This document shows, piece after piece, positions 51,398 to 60,868 of a DNA stretch of 60,868 nt. Every line of letters begins with the position of its first letter. The stretch's first letter is position 1. Source of the stretch: Carnobacterium sp. (lineage in GTDB: Bacteria > Bacillota > Bacilli > Lactobacillales > Carnobacteriaceae); contig JAVWJE010000001.1 of the NCBI GenBank assembly GCA_036639135.1, forward strand, positions 1 through 60,868, read 5' to 3'. Made by a program: the position numbers and the translations under genes. A model generated the notes under the pieces. That model did not search any database and was not told where the DNA came from. It saw only the letters and a program-made list of their open reading frames with translations.

Positions 51398-52777
51398 CTA
51401 TCCAATTAAAATATTTGTTTTGGCATAAACTCTTTCTTTCCTTCTTTTTTTCTTTCTAATTAAAGTCAAGAAAATAGTGACTGGTCCTATTCGTCCAATG
51501 AACATCAATATCATTAAGACCGTTTGACTAATTCTTGATAATTCCGGTGTTAGATTAACACTTACACCTACTGTCCCCAATGCTGAAACGGCTTCGAATA
51601 ACAGAACCATAAAAGGTTGGTCTTCTACAATCAGTAAGATACTAACCCCTGTCATCAGACAAGCAAAGAAAGTGAAAACCACAACGATAGCTCTACGAAT
51701 CGTATCTATTGGGATAGAGTGTCGTGCATAGTTAATATTATTCTGTCCTTTTATTTCGTTTACAATTAATAAAATAACTAATGCAAATGTTGTTGTTTTA
51801 ATACCGCCGGCTGCGCCACCAGGAGAGCCTCCAATGAACATCAGAAAAATAAAGAACAATGATGAAAATGGTAAAATAGTTGCGTAATTAATAGTCGCAA
51901 AACCTGCTGTTCTCATCGTAACCGATTGAAAGAATGAAGTCATTATTTTTTGAGGAACTGTATAATTTCCAATAGAAGATGAATTATTCCATTCTACTAC
52001 CATAAACGTGATTGTTCCTGCTATTAATAAAATTAATGACATATTAATAGCTAGACGCGTATGAGGTCTTAATAAGTGGTACGTTTTTTTGAATCCTAGT
52101 TTCTTTTTATTTTTAATAATAGAGTAAATATTGTGTGTAACATCGAACCAGACAGAAAATCCAATTCCACCTAAAATAATTAAAGCAGCAATAACTAAAT
52201 TCACTATAGGATCATGAACGTAATTTTGAAGGCTAATAGCTCCTATATTATCAAACCCTGCATTACAAAACCCTGACACAGCTAAAAATAAAGAAGTAAA
52301 TAACCCTTTAGCTAAACCAAAATCAGGAACAAAACGTAGCGAAAGTAAAAACATACCTATTCCTTCAATAACTAGAGTGTATTTAAAAATGGACAATACA
52401 TACGTTTTAAAATCACCAAGTTTGTCTCTATTTAAAGCCTCTTTAACCGCCATTGTATCTGTGTAACTAATTTTCTTCCCGAATTTCATCAATATTGTTG
52501 CAATAATCGTCATCAGTCCGAGTCCGCCAATTTGCATTAGTATGATACAAATCACTTGCCCAAAAATGGTATACGATTCTGCTACTGAATTAGTAGATAG
52601 TCCCGTAACACACGTTAAGGAAACGGCAGAAAATAAGTTATCAAAGTACGTATTTTGCGAAGTAGCTGCCGTGCTGATAGGCAAGCTTAATAACAACGAG
52701 CCTATAAAAATGACTAAAGCAAAACTGAAAGCTATACGAGTTGATATCGATAGTTTTCTAAATTTATCTAACAACAT
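51398..52777 (-). CDS. ktrB: K+ uptake membrane subunit (KtrB/TrkH)
   Basis: Filter motifs CVTGL, FCNAGF, RTAGF, GTVG; MFIGRIG. Confidence 0.9.
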   Translation of the reverse strand: MLLDKFRKLSISTRIAFSFALVIFIGSLLLSLPISTAATSQNTYFDNLFSAVSLTCVTGLSTNSVAESYTIFGQVICIILMQIGGLGLMTIIATILMKFGKKISYTDTMAVKEALNRDKLGDFKTYVLSIFKYTLVIEGIGMFLLSLRFVPDFGLAKGLFTSLFLAVSGFCNAGFDNIGAISLQNYVHDPIVNLVIAALIILGGIGFSVWFDVTHNIYSIIKNKKKLGFKKTYHLLRPHTRLAINMSLILLIAGTITFMVVEWNNSSSIGNYTVPQKIMTSFFQSVTMRTAGFATINYATILPFSSLFFIFLMFIGGSPGGAAGGIKTTTFALVILLIVNEIKGQNNINYARHSIPIDTIRRAIVVVFTFFACLMTGVSILLIVEDQPFMVLLFEAVSALGTVGVSVNLTPELSRISQTVLMILMFIGRIGPVTIFLTLIRKKKRRKERVYAKTNILIG

Positions 52778-52925
52778 AAAGGCAACCTCTTTCTCAAAAA
52801 CCTTAGACACACAAATGTATTATAGACCCATCACTTGAAAAGTAAAGTCTATTATAAAAAAAATTGAATAGGAGAAAGTTAACTTTACCAAAAATCTTTT
52901 TTCTTTTATGACTGCCGCATTTTCT

Positions 52926-53831
52926 TTAGTGGTTTCTTATGATTTTATCGCATAATTGATGAGATAATAAAGTGGATTGAGTAGAAACTGGGTTTACACC
53001 CAACTCAACGGCTTCCAAAAACAAGCGAATTAAAGGCGCAAAACCTCTTTTTTCAAGCGTCGGCTCCCAATCACCAAACGGTTGAATAGTCTGCATGCCA
53101 TTCACATCACTATGGTATTCTGTCAAATCAATTACTCGATGCATTCCACTAGGAGAATGAACCTCTGCTGATTCATGGTTTGCTCCAGAAACATAATTCA
53201 TTGATGCTATACAAACTGTATTTTTAGTTGTTAAATTAACCACACAATTTTTTAATTTTCCATCATTTTCCTTCACACTAAATGACATATTCGTAATTGG
53301 ATCATCTAATAAATACAAAGCTGTGTCTAACACATGGATAAACATATCATAGATAGCAAATTTTACTGTTCCTGTACTATCGGGTTTCGTTTTTTGAATA
53401 AATACCATATTTTTGTCAGGAATGTCTTTTAATTTCTGTATCTTTGGAGCAAATCGACGATTGAAACCTGCTGTTAGCATTAAATTATTTTGTTTCGCTA
53501 ATTGAATTAATTCTTCTACTTCTTCTAGATCTTCACTAATAGGCTTGTCTACATAAACATGAATACCATTTTCCAATAATTGTTTTACAATTGGAGCATG
53601 TGTGTGAGTGGCCGTATGAACAAAAGCTGCTTGAATGCCACTTTTAATTAAAGATTCTATCGAAGAGTAAAGATTATTCGTATGGTATTGCTTTCCAATT
53701 GTTTGAAGTTTTTCTTGGTTACGGGTATAAAGATGCCATTCTACTTTATCTTGCATTTCCATATCAACAGGTAAGTAAGCTTTTTGTGCGATTCCACCTA
53801 ATCCAATTATTCCAACTTTTAGCATCCTCAC
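52926..53831 (-). CDS. Gfo/Idh/MocA oxidoreductase (MviM-like)
   Basis: GLGGIAQKAYLP, VDKP, GFNRRFAP. Confidence 0.88.
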   Translation of the reverse strand: MRMLKVGIIGLGGIAQKAYLPVDMEMQDKVEWHLYTRNQEKLQTIGKQYHTNNLYSSIESLIKSGIQAAFVHTATHTHAPIVKQLLENGIHVYVDKPISEDLEEVEELIQLAKQNNLMLTAGFNRRFAPKIQKLKDIPDKNMVFIQKTKPDSTGTVKFAIYDMFIHVLDTALYLLDDPITNMSFSVKENDGKLKNCVVNLTTKNTVCIASMNYVSGANHESAEVHSPSGMHRVIDLTEYHSDVNGMQTIQPFGDWEPTLEKRGFAPLIRLFLEAVELGVNPVSTQSTLLSHQLCDKIIRNH

Positions 53832-53954
53832 GCCTCTTTTCTTTTTAATGATTTCTTTTTAAATTATCCGTAATATGTGATCTTCTTAAATGTACTATTT
53901 TTATTCTATCATGTACAATAAATTTAAGCGTTATTGGAGAGGAGCTTACTATTA

Positions 53955-54707
53955 ATGAAATTTATTTCATGGAATGTAAACGGTTTGCGTGCTATTGTAA
54001 AAAAGGGTTTCGTCGATATCTTCGATGAATTTGATGCTGACTTTTTTTGTTTACAAGAAACTAAACTACAAGAAGGTCAAATTGACTTAGTATTACCTGG
54101 TTATTATGCTTACTGGAATTATGCAGAAAAAAAAGGTTATTCTGGAACGACCATTTTCACTAAACATGAGCCTTTGAGTGTCTCTTATGGTATCAATAAA
54201 CAAGAGCATGATACAGAAGGACGAGTTATTACACTTAGTTATCCTGACTATTATGTCGTCAATTGTTATACCCCTAACTCGCAAAGCGAACAAGTTCGTC
54301 TAGACTACCGAGTAAATTGGGACCGAGATTTTGCAGATTATCTAGCTAAACTAGATCAAGAAAAACCCGTTATTTTTTGTGGTGATTTAAATGTTGCACA
54401 TAAAAATATTGATTTGAAAAACTGGAAAACAAACCATAAAAGTCCTGGATTTACAGACGAAGAAAGAGCAAATTTTACTGAACTACTGGATAGAGGTTTT
54501 TTAGACACTTTCCGGTATTTTTATCCTACAAAAGAAGGCGTTTATTCTTGGTGGAGTTATCGATTCAATGCTCGCAAAAATAATGCTGGTTGGAGAATAG
54601 ATTATTTTTGTGTCTCAAAGCGACTTGAAAACAAACTGGTTGATGCAAATATCCATTCAGAAATCATGGGCTCAGATCACTGTCCCGTTGAGTTAATTTT
54701 AAAATAA
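53955..54707 (+). CDS. exoA: Exodeoxyribonuclease III / AP endonuclease
   Basis: SWNVNGLRA, LQETK, GDLNVAH, GWRIDY, GSDHCP. Confidence 0.95.
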   Translation: MKFISWNVNGLRAIVKKGFVDIFDEFDADFFCLQETKLQEGQIDLVLPGYYAYWNYAEKKGYSGTTIFTKHEPLSVSYGINKQEHDTEGRVITLSYPDYYVVNCYTPNSQSEQVRLDYRVNWDRDFADYLAKLDQEKPVIFCGDLNVAHKNIDLKNWKTNHKSPGFTDEERANFTELLDRGFLDTFRYFYPTKEGVYSWWSYRFNARKNNAGWRIDYFCVSKRLENKLVDANIHSEIMGSDHCPVELILK

Positions 54708-54758
54708 AAAAGAGAAAGCCTCTTTATCTTATCAAAAATAGGATAAGTTGCTTTTTTA

Positions 54759-55475
54759 TTAATTGCTTTTATTAATATCTGAAATTGTGTAGCTGCGCGT
54801 ATCATAACGATGACGGCTTCGTGAATATTCGAATGGTCGTCCATCTTTTAGATACACAACTTGTTCTACTTCTAGTACTGGATCATCTATTTTACATTCA
54901 AGGTATTCCTGATCGTATTTAGAGGACTTATCTGCATGTATTTTTCTAAATGCACCTCCAAAATGTAAATCTAACTCATCGTGGATATAGTGATAAATAG
55001 ATTGTTCCAGAATTTCTTCTGTTAGCCCAACTGCTAAATCAATTGGCATGTATGTATGTTCTAATACATACGGTTTGTTATTAACGATACGTAACCTAAT
55101 TAGATTATATACAGGTTGATTTTTTTTAATCATTAAATGTTTCATAATTTCCTCTGTTGGAAATTCCACATTAAATTTTATAACTTTGCTAGTCACTTTT
55201 TTTCCACCTAATTGTTTGGTTAATCCTTCATATTCATTCACAGCTGAATCTTGCTGATTGAGTAAAGCTGTTTTCATTACAAACGTACCGGATCCGCGCT
55301 GACGATAAATAAGTCCCTCCATCGCAAGAATGTCTAAAGCTTTTTTCATTGTCATACGACTGACACCAAACTCTTTTGCTAGAGTAATTTGATCCGGAAT
55401 AAGCGATTGAATAGGATAGGTACCTTTTAGGATTCGTTTTCGTATTTCATTAGCAATGGTTTCGTATTTTAACAT
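54759..55475 (-). CDS. GntR (HutC/UTRA) transcriptional regulator, GmuR-like
   Basis: FGVSRMTMKKAL, RGSGTF, UTRA tail FEYSRSRH. Confidence 0.9.
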   Translation of the reverse strand: MLKYETIANEIRKRILKGTYPIQSLIPDQITLAKEFGVSRMTMKKALDILAMEGLIYRQRGSGTFVMKTALLNQQDSAVNEYEGLTKQLGGKKVTSKVIKFNVEFPTEEIMKHLMIKKNQPVYNLIRLRIVNNKPYVLEHTYMPIDLAVGLTEEILEQSIYHYIHDELDLHFGGAFRKIHADKSSKYDQEYLECKIDDPVLEVEQVVYLKDGRPFEYSRSRHRYDTRSYTISDINKSN

Positions 55476-55630
55476 TTGCGCATCTCCTTTTATTATCATG
55501 CATATCATACCTCACACGACCTGAAAAGACTAGTCTTTTCGCTAGTGACTTTCAATTATTTTAGTAGTTTCATTTCAGTTAAAATAAAAAACAAACGATT
55601 AGTCGTTAATGACTAATCGTTTGTTTTTTG

Positions 55631-56923
55631 TTAAGCTTTTTCAGGTTCACTCATTTTCACTTGATTTAAGTTCGCACGATCAACTAGTTTCAAGAATGGG
55701 AACCAAATAACTCCGATAAGAGCCATATCTATGATTTGAAGTAATCCACCCATAAATGAACTTGTAGCCATGATTCCATTGATAACAACGGGTACTGTCC
55801 ATGGAACGATAACCCCAGTTGGAACTGGGAATATTCCTGCAGCCATTACAGCATAGTTAAATGCAGTAGCTGCTATTGGAGCTAGAATCCAAGGGATAAA
55901 AATCGAAGCATTTAATACTAAAGGCATACCGAAAATCAATGGTTCATTTACGTTAAAGATTGCAGGTCCTAAAGCTAAACGACCGATATCTTTATTTTGT
56001 CTACTCTTCATAACAAATGCTAATAATAATACTACAATTAAGGTACTTCCTGATCCACCCATACCAACAGTATAAATTTCCATAAATGGTTTAGTTACAA
56101 TATGTGGTAAAGCTTCACCAGCTTTATAAGCATCAAGGTTTTCTAAAGCTAATGTATTCCAGATAGGATCCATTACCGAGTTAACAATAATTTGACCGTG
56201 CAGTCCGAAGAACCATAGGAATTGAACTAAGAATACGGCAATCAAAGTAGCCGGCAATCCACTACCAAGAGCTGTAAGCGGCTGTTGAATGGCTGTATAG
56301 ACAACATCATGTAAGTTTGTTTCAAAGAATCCAACAACGGCTCCATTAAGCAATAGGAAAGTTGTTAAAGTAATAATAGCAGGTAATAAAGCTGCAAATG
56401 AATTAGCAACTGCTGGCGGAACGCCTTCAGGCATTTTAATGATAAAGCCTCTTTTAACCATTCTTGTATAGATTTCTCCAGCAACAAATGCTGCAATCAT
56501 ACCGATAAACATTCCTTTTGCACCTAAACGATCTAATGCTAGTACACCAGTCACTGCTTCCCCTGATTCACTTAACATTGAGAACGGTGTCAAAATTAAG
56601 TAAGAAGCTAATGAAACAGCTCCACCAAAAATACCTTCAACATCGTATGATTTGCTTAAGTAATATCCGATACCAAACGTGACAAATATAGTCATAATTG
56701 ACATCGTTGCATTTTGTCCATTTCCGAATAGGTTTCCCAAAGTACCTTTTGTTGCATCACTGAAAAATGGCAAGTTATTTAATACAACTACAATAGATCC
56801 AAACATAGTAATAGGAAAAGCAAGCATAAATGCATCACGTAATACTTTAAGATAACGGTTTTCACCAAGTTTTCCGGCAAGTGGAAGTAATTTTTCACCC
56901 AACTTATCAATAAACTCATTCAT
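55631..56923 (-). CDS. celB: PTS cellobiose/beta-glucoside IIC component
   Basis: WFFGLHG, GGSGSTL, FNVNEPLIFGMP. Confidence 0.88.
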   Translation of the reverse strand: MNEFIDKLGEKLLPLAGKLGENRYLKVLRDAFMLAFPITMFGSIVVVLNNLPFFSDATKGTLGNLFGNGQNATMSIMTIFVTFGIGYYLSKSYDVEGIFGGAVSLASYLILTPFSMLSESGEAVTGVLALDRLGAKGMFIGMIAAFVAGEIYTRMVKRGFIIKMPEGVPPAVANSFAALLPAIITLTTFLLLNGAVVGFFETNLHDVVYTAIQQPLTALGSGLPATLIAVFLVQFLWFFGLHGQIIVNSVMDPIWNTLALENLDAYKAGEALPHIVTKPFMEIYTVGMGGSGSTLIVVLLLAFVMKSRQNKDIGRLALGPAIFNVNEPLIFGMPLVLNASIFIPWILAPIAATAFNYAVMAAGIFPVPTGVIVPWTVPVVINGIMATSSFMGGLLQIIDMALIGVIWFPFLKLVDRANLNQVKMSEPEKA

Positions 56924-56993
56924 TGATTTGTCCTCTTCTCTTTAATTTTTTATTGACTATCAACTGGCCTTGTTTTAGTCAAGTTTTTCTCTT

Positions 56994-57007
56994 TGAAATC
57001 GATTACA
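56994..57007. promoter_or_regulatory. cre (CcpA) site upstream of PTS IIC
   Basis: TGAAATCGATTACA. Confidence 0.65.
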
Positions 57008-57241
57008 TACAAATAATAACACTTTAAAACACAGTTGTCTAGTCTTTTAAAATTAATATCTTATCATTATTTAGAATACGATAGTTATTAATAAACAAAA
57101 GCAAAAGCAAAGGATTTAACATTCTGTTCATTTAACTTTATTCCTAAATTAACTTTTTTTGTTAACTTTAACCAATGAAAAAAATTCCAATTGAGAATGT
57201 TCTCAACTGGAATTTTCTTTTATCTTCTTTAATTTTTTAAA

Positions 57242-58630
57242 TTAAAATCCATTTTGACTCGTCATCTTTTTAAACCAATGACCACTTTTTTTGATAGTTC
57301 TTTCTCCATCTTGTTCTAAATCGACAGCAATAAAACCATAGCGATTCTTGTAAGCATTCATCCATGACCAGTTATCCATACAAGTCCACATGTGGTAACC
57401 TTGCACATTGCTTCCTTCTTGAATAGCTTTATAAACATAAACTAAATGATTCTTGATAAATTCAATTCGATAATCATCTTCAACTGAACCCTCTTCATTA
57501 ATGTAACGTTCTTCATCCTCAACACCCATTCCATTTTCAGAAATAAAGCAACGAATGTTTCCATAATTTTCTCGTAAATTTGTTAAAATGTCGTAAATTC
57601 CTTTTTCGTAAATTTCCCATCCTCGGTAAGGATTCATTTTACGTCCTGGCATAATATAATTATCGAAATAATCGTCTGGCATTGGGCCTTCTGCTAGTTT
57701 ATCTAAAGATTCTTTTGCTTTGATTCGTCTTGGTTGATAATAATTCACACCTAATAAATCGACGGTATTTTCTTTAATGATTGTTAAATCTCCAGGCTCT
57801 GTCTTTGGCAGATGATTAATGTCACGCAATAAGTCTACCAAATCTTTAGGGAATTCTCCTTTTACAGCTGAATCAAGGAAAGAACGATTGAAAAATGCAT
57901 CAGCAATTGAAGCTGCTTTAACATCCTCAGGATTATTTTCATCACGTGGATAGCTTGGTGTAAGGTTTAAGATAATCCCAATTTCACCAGCAAGTTGCAA
58001 ATCATGATAAACTTTAATAGCTTTTGCACTTGCAAGAACTTCGTGATAAGCTACCTGAACGGCATGTTTCATATTCACTTCATTCGGGTAATGAAATTGA
58101 TAGAGATAACCTCCCTCAACGGGTACAATCGGTTCATTATGAGTAAACCATTTTTTTACTCGATCCCCAAACAACTCAAAGCAAGTTTTAGCAAATATCG
58201 TATAAGCCTCTACCGTTTCACGATTCAGCCATCCACCTTTTTCTTGCAGCCACATAGGCATATCAAAATGATATAAGTTTATGAATGGTTCAATATCATT
58301 CGCAATTAACTCATCAATTACAGCATTATAAAAATCAACGCCTACTTGATTTAGTTCGCCTGTCTCATCTGGAAACAATCGACTCCATTGAATAGAGGTT
58401 CTAAAACTATTGTGCCCTGTTTGTTTCATCAACTGAATATCTTCTTGATATTTTTTATAAAAACGAGATGCTTTTTCTGGACCTACTTGATTAAAGAACT
58501 TTTCCGGTTCTGATTCGTACCAATAATCCCAAATACTCTGTCCTTTATTGTCTCCTTCGTAAACACCTTCCGTTTGCGGACCACTAACTGCTGAACCCCA
58601 CCAAAAATCTTTAGGAAATTGATACTCCAT
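57242..58630 (-). CDS. GH1 6-phospho-beta-glucosidase
   Basis: FWWGSA, RTSIQWSR, THNEP, ISENG, DNWSW; probable start MEYQF at 58630 after GGAGAG. Confidence 0.93.
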   Translation of the reverse strand: MEYQFPKDFWWGSAVSGPQTEGVYEGDNKGQSIWDYWYESEPEKFFNQVGPEKASRFYKKYQEDIQLMKQTGHNSFRTSIQWSRLFPDETGELNQVGVDFYNAVIDELIANDIEPFINLYHFDMPMWLQEKGGWLNRETVEAYTIFAKTCFELFGDRVKKWFTHNEPIVPVEGGYLYQFHYPNEVNMKHAVQVAYHEVLASAKAIKVYHDLQLAGEIGIILNLTPSYPRDENNPEDVKAASIADAFFNRSFLDSAVKGEFPKDLVDLLRDINHLPKTEPGDLTIIKENTVDLLGVNYYQPRRIKAKESLDKLAEGPMPDDYFDNYIMPGRKMNPYRGWEIYEKGIYDILTNLRENYGNIRCFISENGMGVEDEERYINEEGSVEDDYRIEFIKNHLVYVYKAIQEGSNVQGYHMWTCMDNWSWMNAYKNRYGFIAVDLEQDGERTIKKSGHWFKKMTSQNGF

Positions 58631-58771
58631 ATTTATTCTCTCCTTTTTAATCCATTTTTTTATTTGTCTATACATTAACCTTAAAACAATCATACATTCA
58701 AGCGAAAGCGAATACAAGGTATAGTTTCTATTATTTAGTTATTTTTTTAAATAATAGAGTGCTTTTTTTAA

Positions 58772-58800
58772 TTGCATTATCAAAAAATAAATTATATACT
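58772..58800 (+). promoter_or_regulatory. SigA promoter for the riboswitch/ATPase transcript
   Basis: TTGCAT-17 nt-TATACT. Confidence 0.6.
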
Positions 58801-58834
58801 GTAAAAGAAGAAAAACGACAGGTACCTATTCTCA

Positions 58835-58977
58835 TACATAAGGGAGTAACTGGCAGCATTTGCTGTGGCAACATCACCAACAAGTAAATTCGCAAAATTT
58901 ACTGGTGTTGTCTTAAACGGTGAGACTTATGCACATTGTTTCTGTAAAGAAACAATTCTGCATAAGTCTCTTTTTTT
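58835..58977 (+). ncRNA. yybP-ykoY (Mn2+) riboswitch with terminator platform
   Basis: CATAAG-GGAGTAAC...AACATCAC...GGTGTTG...GGTGAGA-CTTATG aptamer; overlapping terminator GAGACTTATGCA...TGCATAAGTCTC-T7; upstream of a P-type ATPase. Confidence 0.82.
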
Positions 58978-59126
58978 ATTGTTTTTCTTAAAAAAGTATT
59001 AAGGAGGTATTCTCATACCGGTTAATAGATACAGTCTGTTCGCCTTTTTCTCGTATTAGACCGATAAGCCAATATCTAATCACCTCTTCAACTGATTTAA
59101 CTAAAAAATATTAAGGAGTGTCATGC

Positions 59127-60868
59127 TTGGAATATTATCAAAAAGAACAAAAGAGTGTCTTATCAGAATTAAATACAACAACAAACGGATTAAATGATAC
59201 AGAAGTAAAAAGTCGTCTTGAAAAATATGGGACAAACGAATTAAAATCAGCAAAAAAAGATTCTATTTTAAAACTTTTTTTAGAAACATTTAAAGATGCA
59301 ATGGTAATTGTTTTATTAATCGTAGCTGTCGTTCAAATATTAATGGGATCTGTTGTTGAGTCTCTCATTATTTTTGCTGTTTTAATGATTAATTCAGTTG
59401 TAAGTGTCGTCCAAACTAAGAAAGCTGAAGGATCCTTAGACGCTTTAAAAAATATGTCTGCTCCAATAGCCAAAGCCATTCGAAATGGGGAAAAAACATC
59501 TCTACCTGCTAATGAATTAGTGCCTGGCGATATAGTTATTTTAGATGCTGGCGATTTTGTACCCGCTGATGGTCGTTTAACTGAAGCTGGATCACTAAAA
59601 ATTGATGAAGGTATGCTAACAGGTGAATCCGTTCCGGCTGATAAAGATACCGCTACACTTACAAACACTGTGCCCGTTGGCGATCGTTCTAATATGGTTC
59701 ACAGTGGAACATTAGTTGTCTATGGACGTGGTGTGTTTGTCGTTACTGCGACAGGAAACCAAACTGAAATTGGCCAAGTTGCGAACTTGCTTGAAAATGC
59801 TATGACGAAACAAACTCCTCTACAAAAGAAGTTAGATCAATTTAGTAAACAACTTGGGATTGGTATTTTAATCTTATCTATCCTTATTTTCATTATTGAA
59901 GCTATCCGGATTTACTTTGGTGGTACGACAAATCTTAGTGTTGACTTACTAAACGCCTTTATGTTTGCCGTAGCTGTTGCTGTTGCTGCCATTCCTGAAG
60001 CGTTGCAATCTATTGTGACGATTGTTCTTTCAATGGGAACCAACAAAATGGCTAAACGCCATGCAATTATTCGTAAGTTGCCTGCTGTAGAAACATTAGG
60101 CGCAACTAGCGTAATTTGTACAGACAAAACAGGAACACTAACACAAAATAAAATGACTATCGTCGATTACTTTTTACTAAACGGCCAGTCTTCTCCTTTC
60201 AATGACAAACCAGAGACGTGGACATTCGATGAAAAACGTCTGATGCAAATCGCTGTATTAGCGAACGATTCCACTATTAATGAAACAGGGCAAGAATTAG
60301 GTGACCCGACTGAAGTAGCTATGGTTTCTTTCAGTAATAAAGTAAATCAACCCTATCATACTTTACGCGAGCAATACCCACGTAAAGCAGAATTGCCTTT
60401 TGATTCAGATCGAAAACTAATGTCAACCGTTCATGTCATTGACAATGAATCTGTCATGTTGACTAAAGGTGGACCAGACGTTATTTTCAATCGCAGTACA
60501 AAAGTTTTAATCGATGGAAAAATTGTTCCTTTAACTAAAGAACGTTTAAAAATAATACAAGACAAAAATGAAGCTTTCTCCAATCGTGCTTTACGTGTCT
60601 TAGCATTTGCTTATAAACCTATCGCTGAGAATCAGACAATCCAATTTGAAGATGAAAATGATTTGATTCTCGTTGGTATTATGGCTATGATTGATCCTCC
60701 CCGTGAGGCTGTCTATGGAGCAGTTGAACAAGCTAAGAGTGCGGGTATTAAAACCGTTATGATTACAGGTGATCACAAAACAACTGCACAAGCGATTGCT
60801 CGTGATATCGGTATTTCAGAAGAAGGCGATATCGCTTTAACCGGACAAGAATTAGACGCGTTAACAGA
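59127..60868 (+). CDS. Cation-transporting P-type (P2A, YoaB-like) ATPase, running off the window end; absent from the ORF track
   Basis: AAGGAG RBS, TTG start, MEYYQKEQ..., LTGES, AIPEAL, ICTDKTGTLTQN, GDPTE, KGGPD, DPPR, MITGDH. Confidence 0.93.
   Translation, partial: MEYYQKEQKSVLSELNTTTNGLNDTEVKSRLEKYGTNELKSAKKDSILKLFLETFKDAMVIVLLIVAVVQILMGSVVESLIIFAVLMINSVVSVVQTKKAEGSLDALKNMSAPIAKAIRNGEKTSLPANELVPGDIVILDAGDFVPADGRLTEAGSLKIDEGMLTGESVPADKDTATLTNTVPVGDRSNMVHSGTLVVYGRGVFVVTATGNQTEIGQVANLLENAMTKQTPLQKKLDQFSKQLGIGILILSILIFIIEAIRIYFGGTTNLSVDLLNAFMFAVAVAVAAIPEALQSIVTIVLSMGTNKMAKRHAIIRKLPAVETLGATSVICTDKTGTLTQNKMTIVDYFLLNGQSSPFNDKPETWTFDEKRLMQIAVLANDSTINETGQELGDPTEVAMVSFSNKVNQPYHTLREQYPRKAELPFDSDRKLMSTVHVIDNESVMLTKGGPDVIFNRSTKVLIDGKIVPLTKERLKIIQDKNEAFSNRALRVLAFAYKPIAENQTIQFEDENDLILVGIMAMIDPPREAVYGAVEQAKSAGIKTVMITGDHKTTAQAIARDIGISEEGDIALTGQELDALT

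Noticed and set aside
52780-52925. c-di-AMP riboswitch before ktrB
   Set aside because: Short AT-rich gap without the ydaO conserved motifs
59333-60791. Three minus-strand ORFs at the right end
   Set aside because: They are antisense to the P-type ATPase, which the ORF track missed because it has no stop within the window
1-60868. CRISPR array, prophage, IS element or defence island
   Set aside because: No regularly spaced repeats, integrase, transposase or recognisable defence genes were found by reading; the long intergenic hairpins are explained as terminators

Overview
AT-rich Firmicute chromosomal window. Gene content and sequence style suggest Lactobacillales, Carnobacterium/Enterococcus-like (inference). 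It holds about 55 genes. I saw no rRNA, tRNA, CRISPR array, integrase or transposase. Housekeeping genes include gor, gpmA, ndk, guaA, coaA, mvk-mvaD-PMK-fni, pdp, rpiA, potABCD, murB, ktrAB, exoA, a beta-glucoside PTS IIC/GH1 pair and a P-type ATPase under a yybP-ykoY riboswitch. Accessory modules include a licDACB phosphocholine operon, a GT2/GtrA/YfhO surface-glycosylation trio, an mhq-type quinone detox operon and a lone amidase. The two best candidates for undescribed systems are both inferred from gene context. (1) A GT4 with a long helical N-terminus, an overlapping GT1 small-molecule glycosyltransferase and a xanthine/urate-type NCS2 permease, next to a guanine deaminase, may form a purine glycosylation pathway. 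(2) A small 2-TM protein plus a TctA-like permease heading the lower mevalonate operon may be a mevalonate importer. In that same operon the phosphomevalonate kinase carries an in-frame TAA. An intact PyrR attenuator sits in front of a decayed codB.
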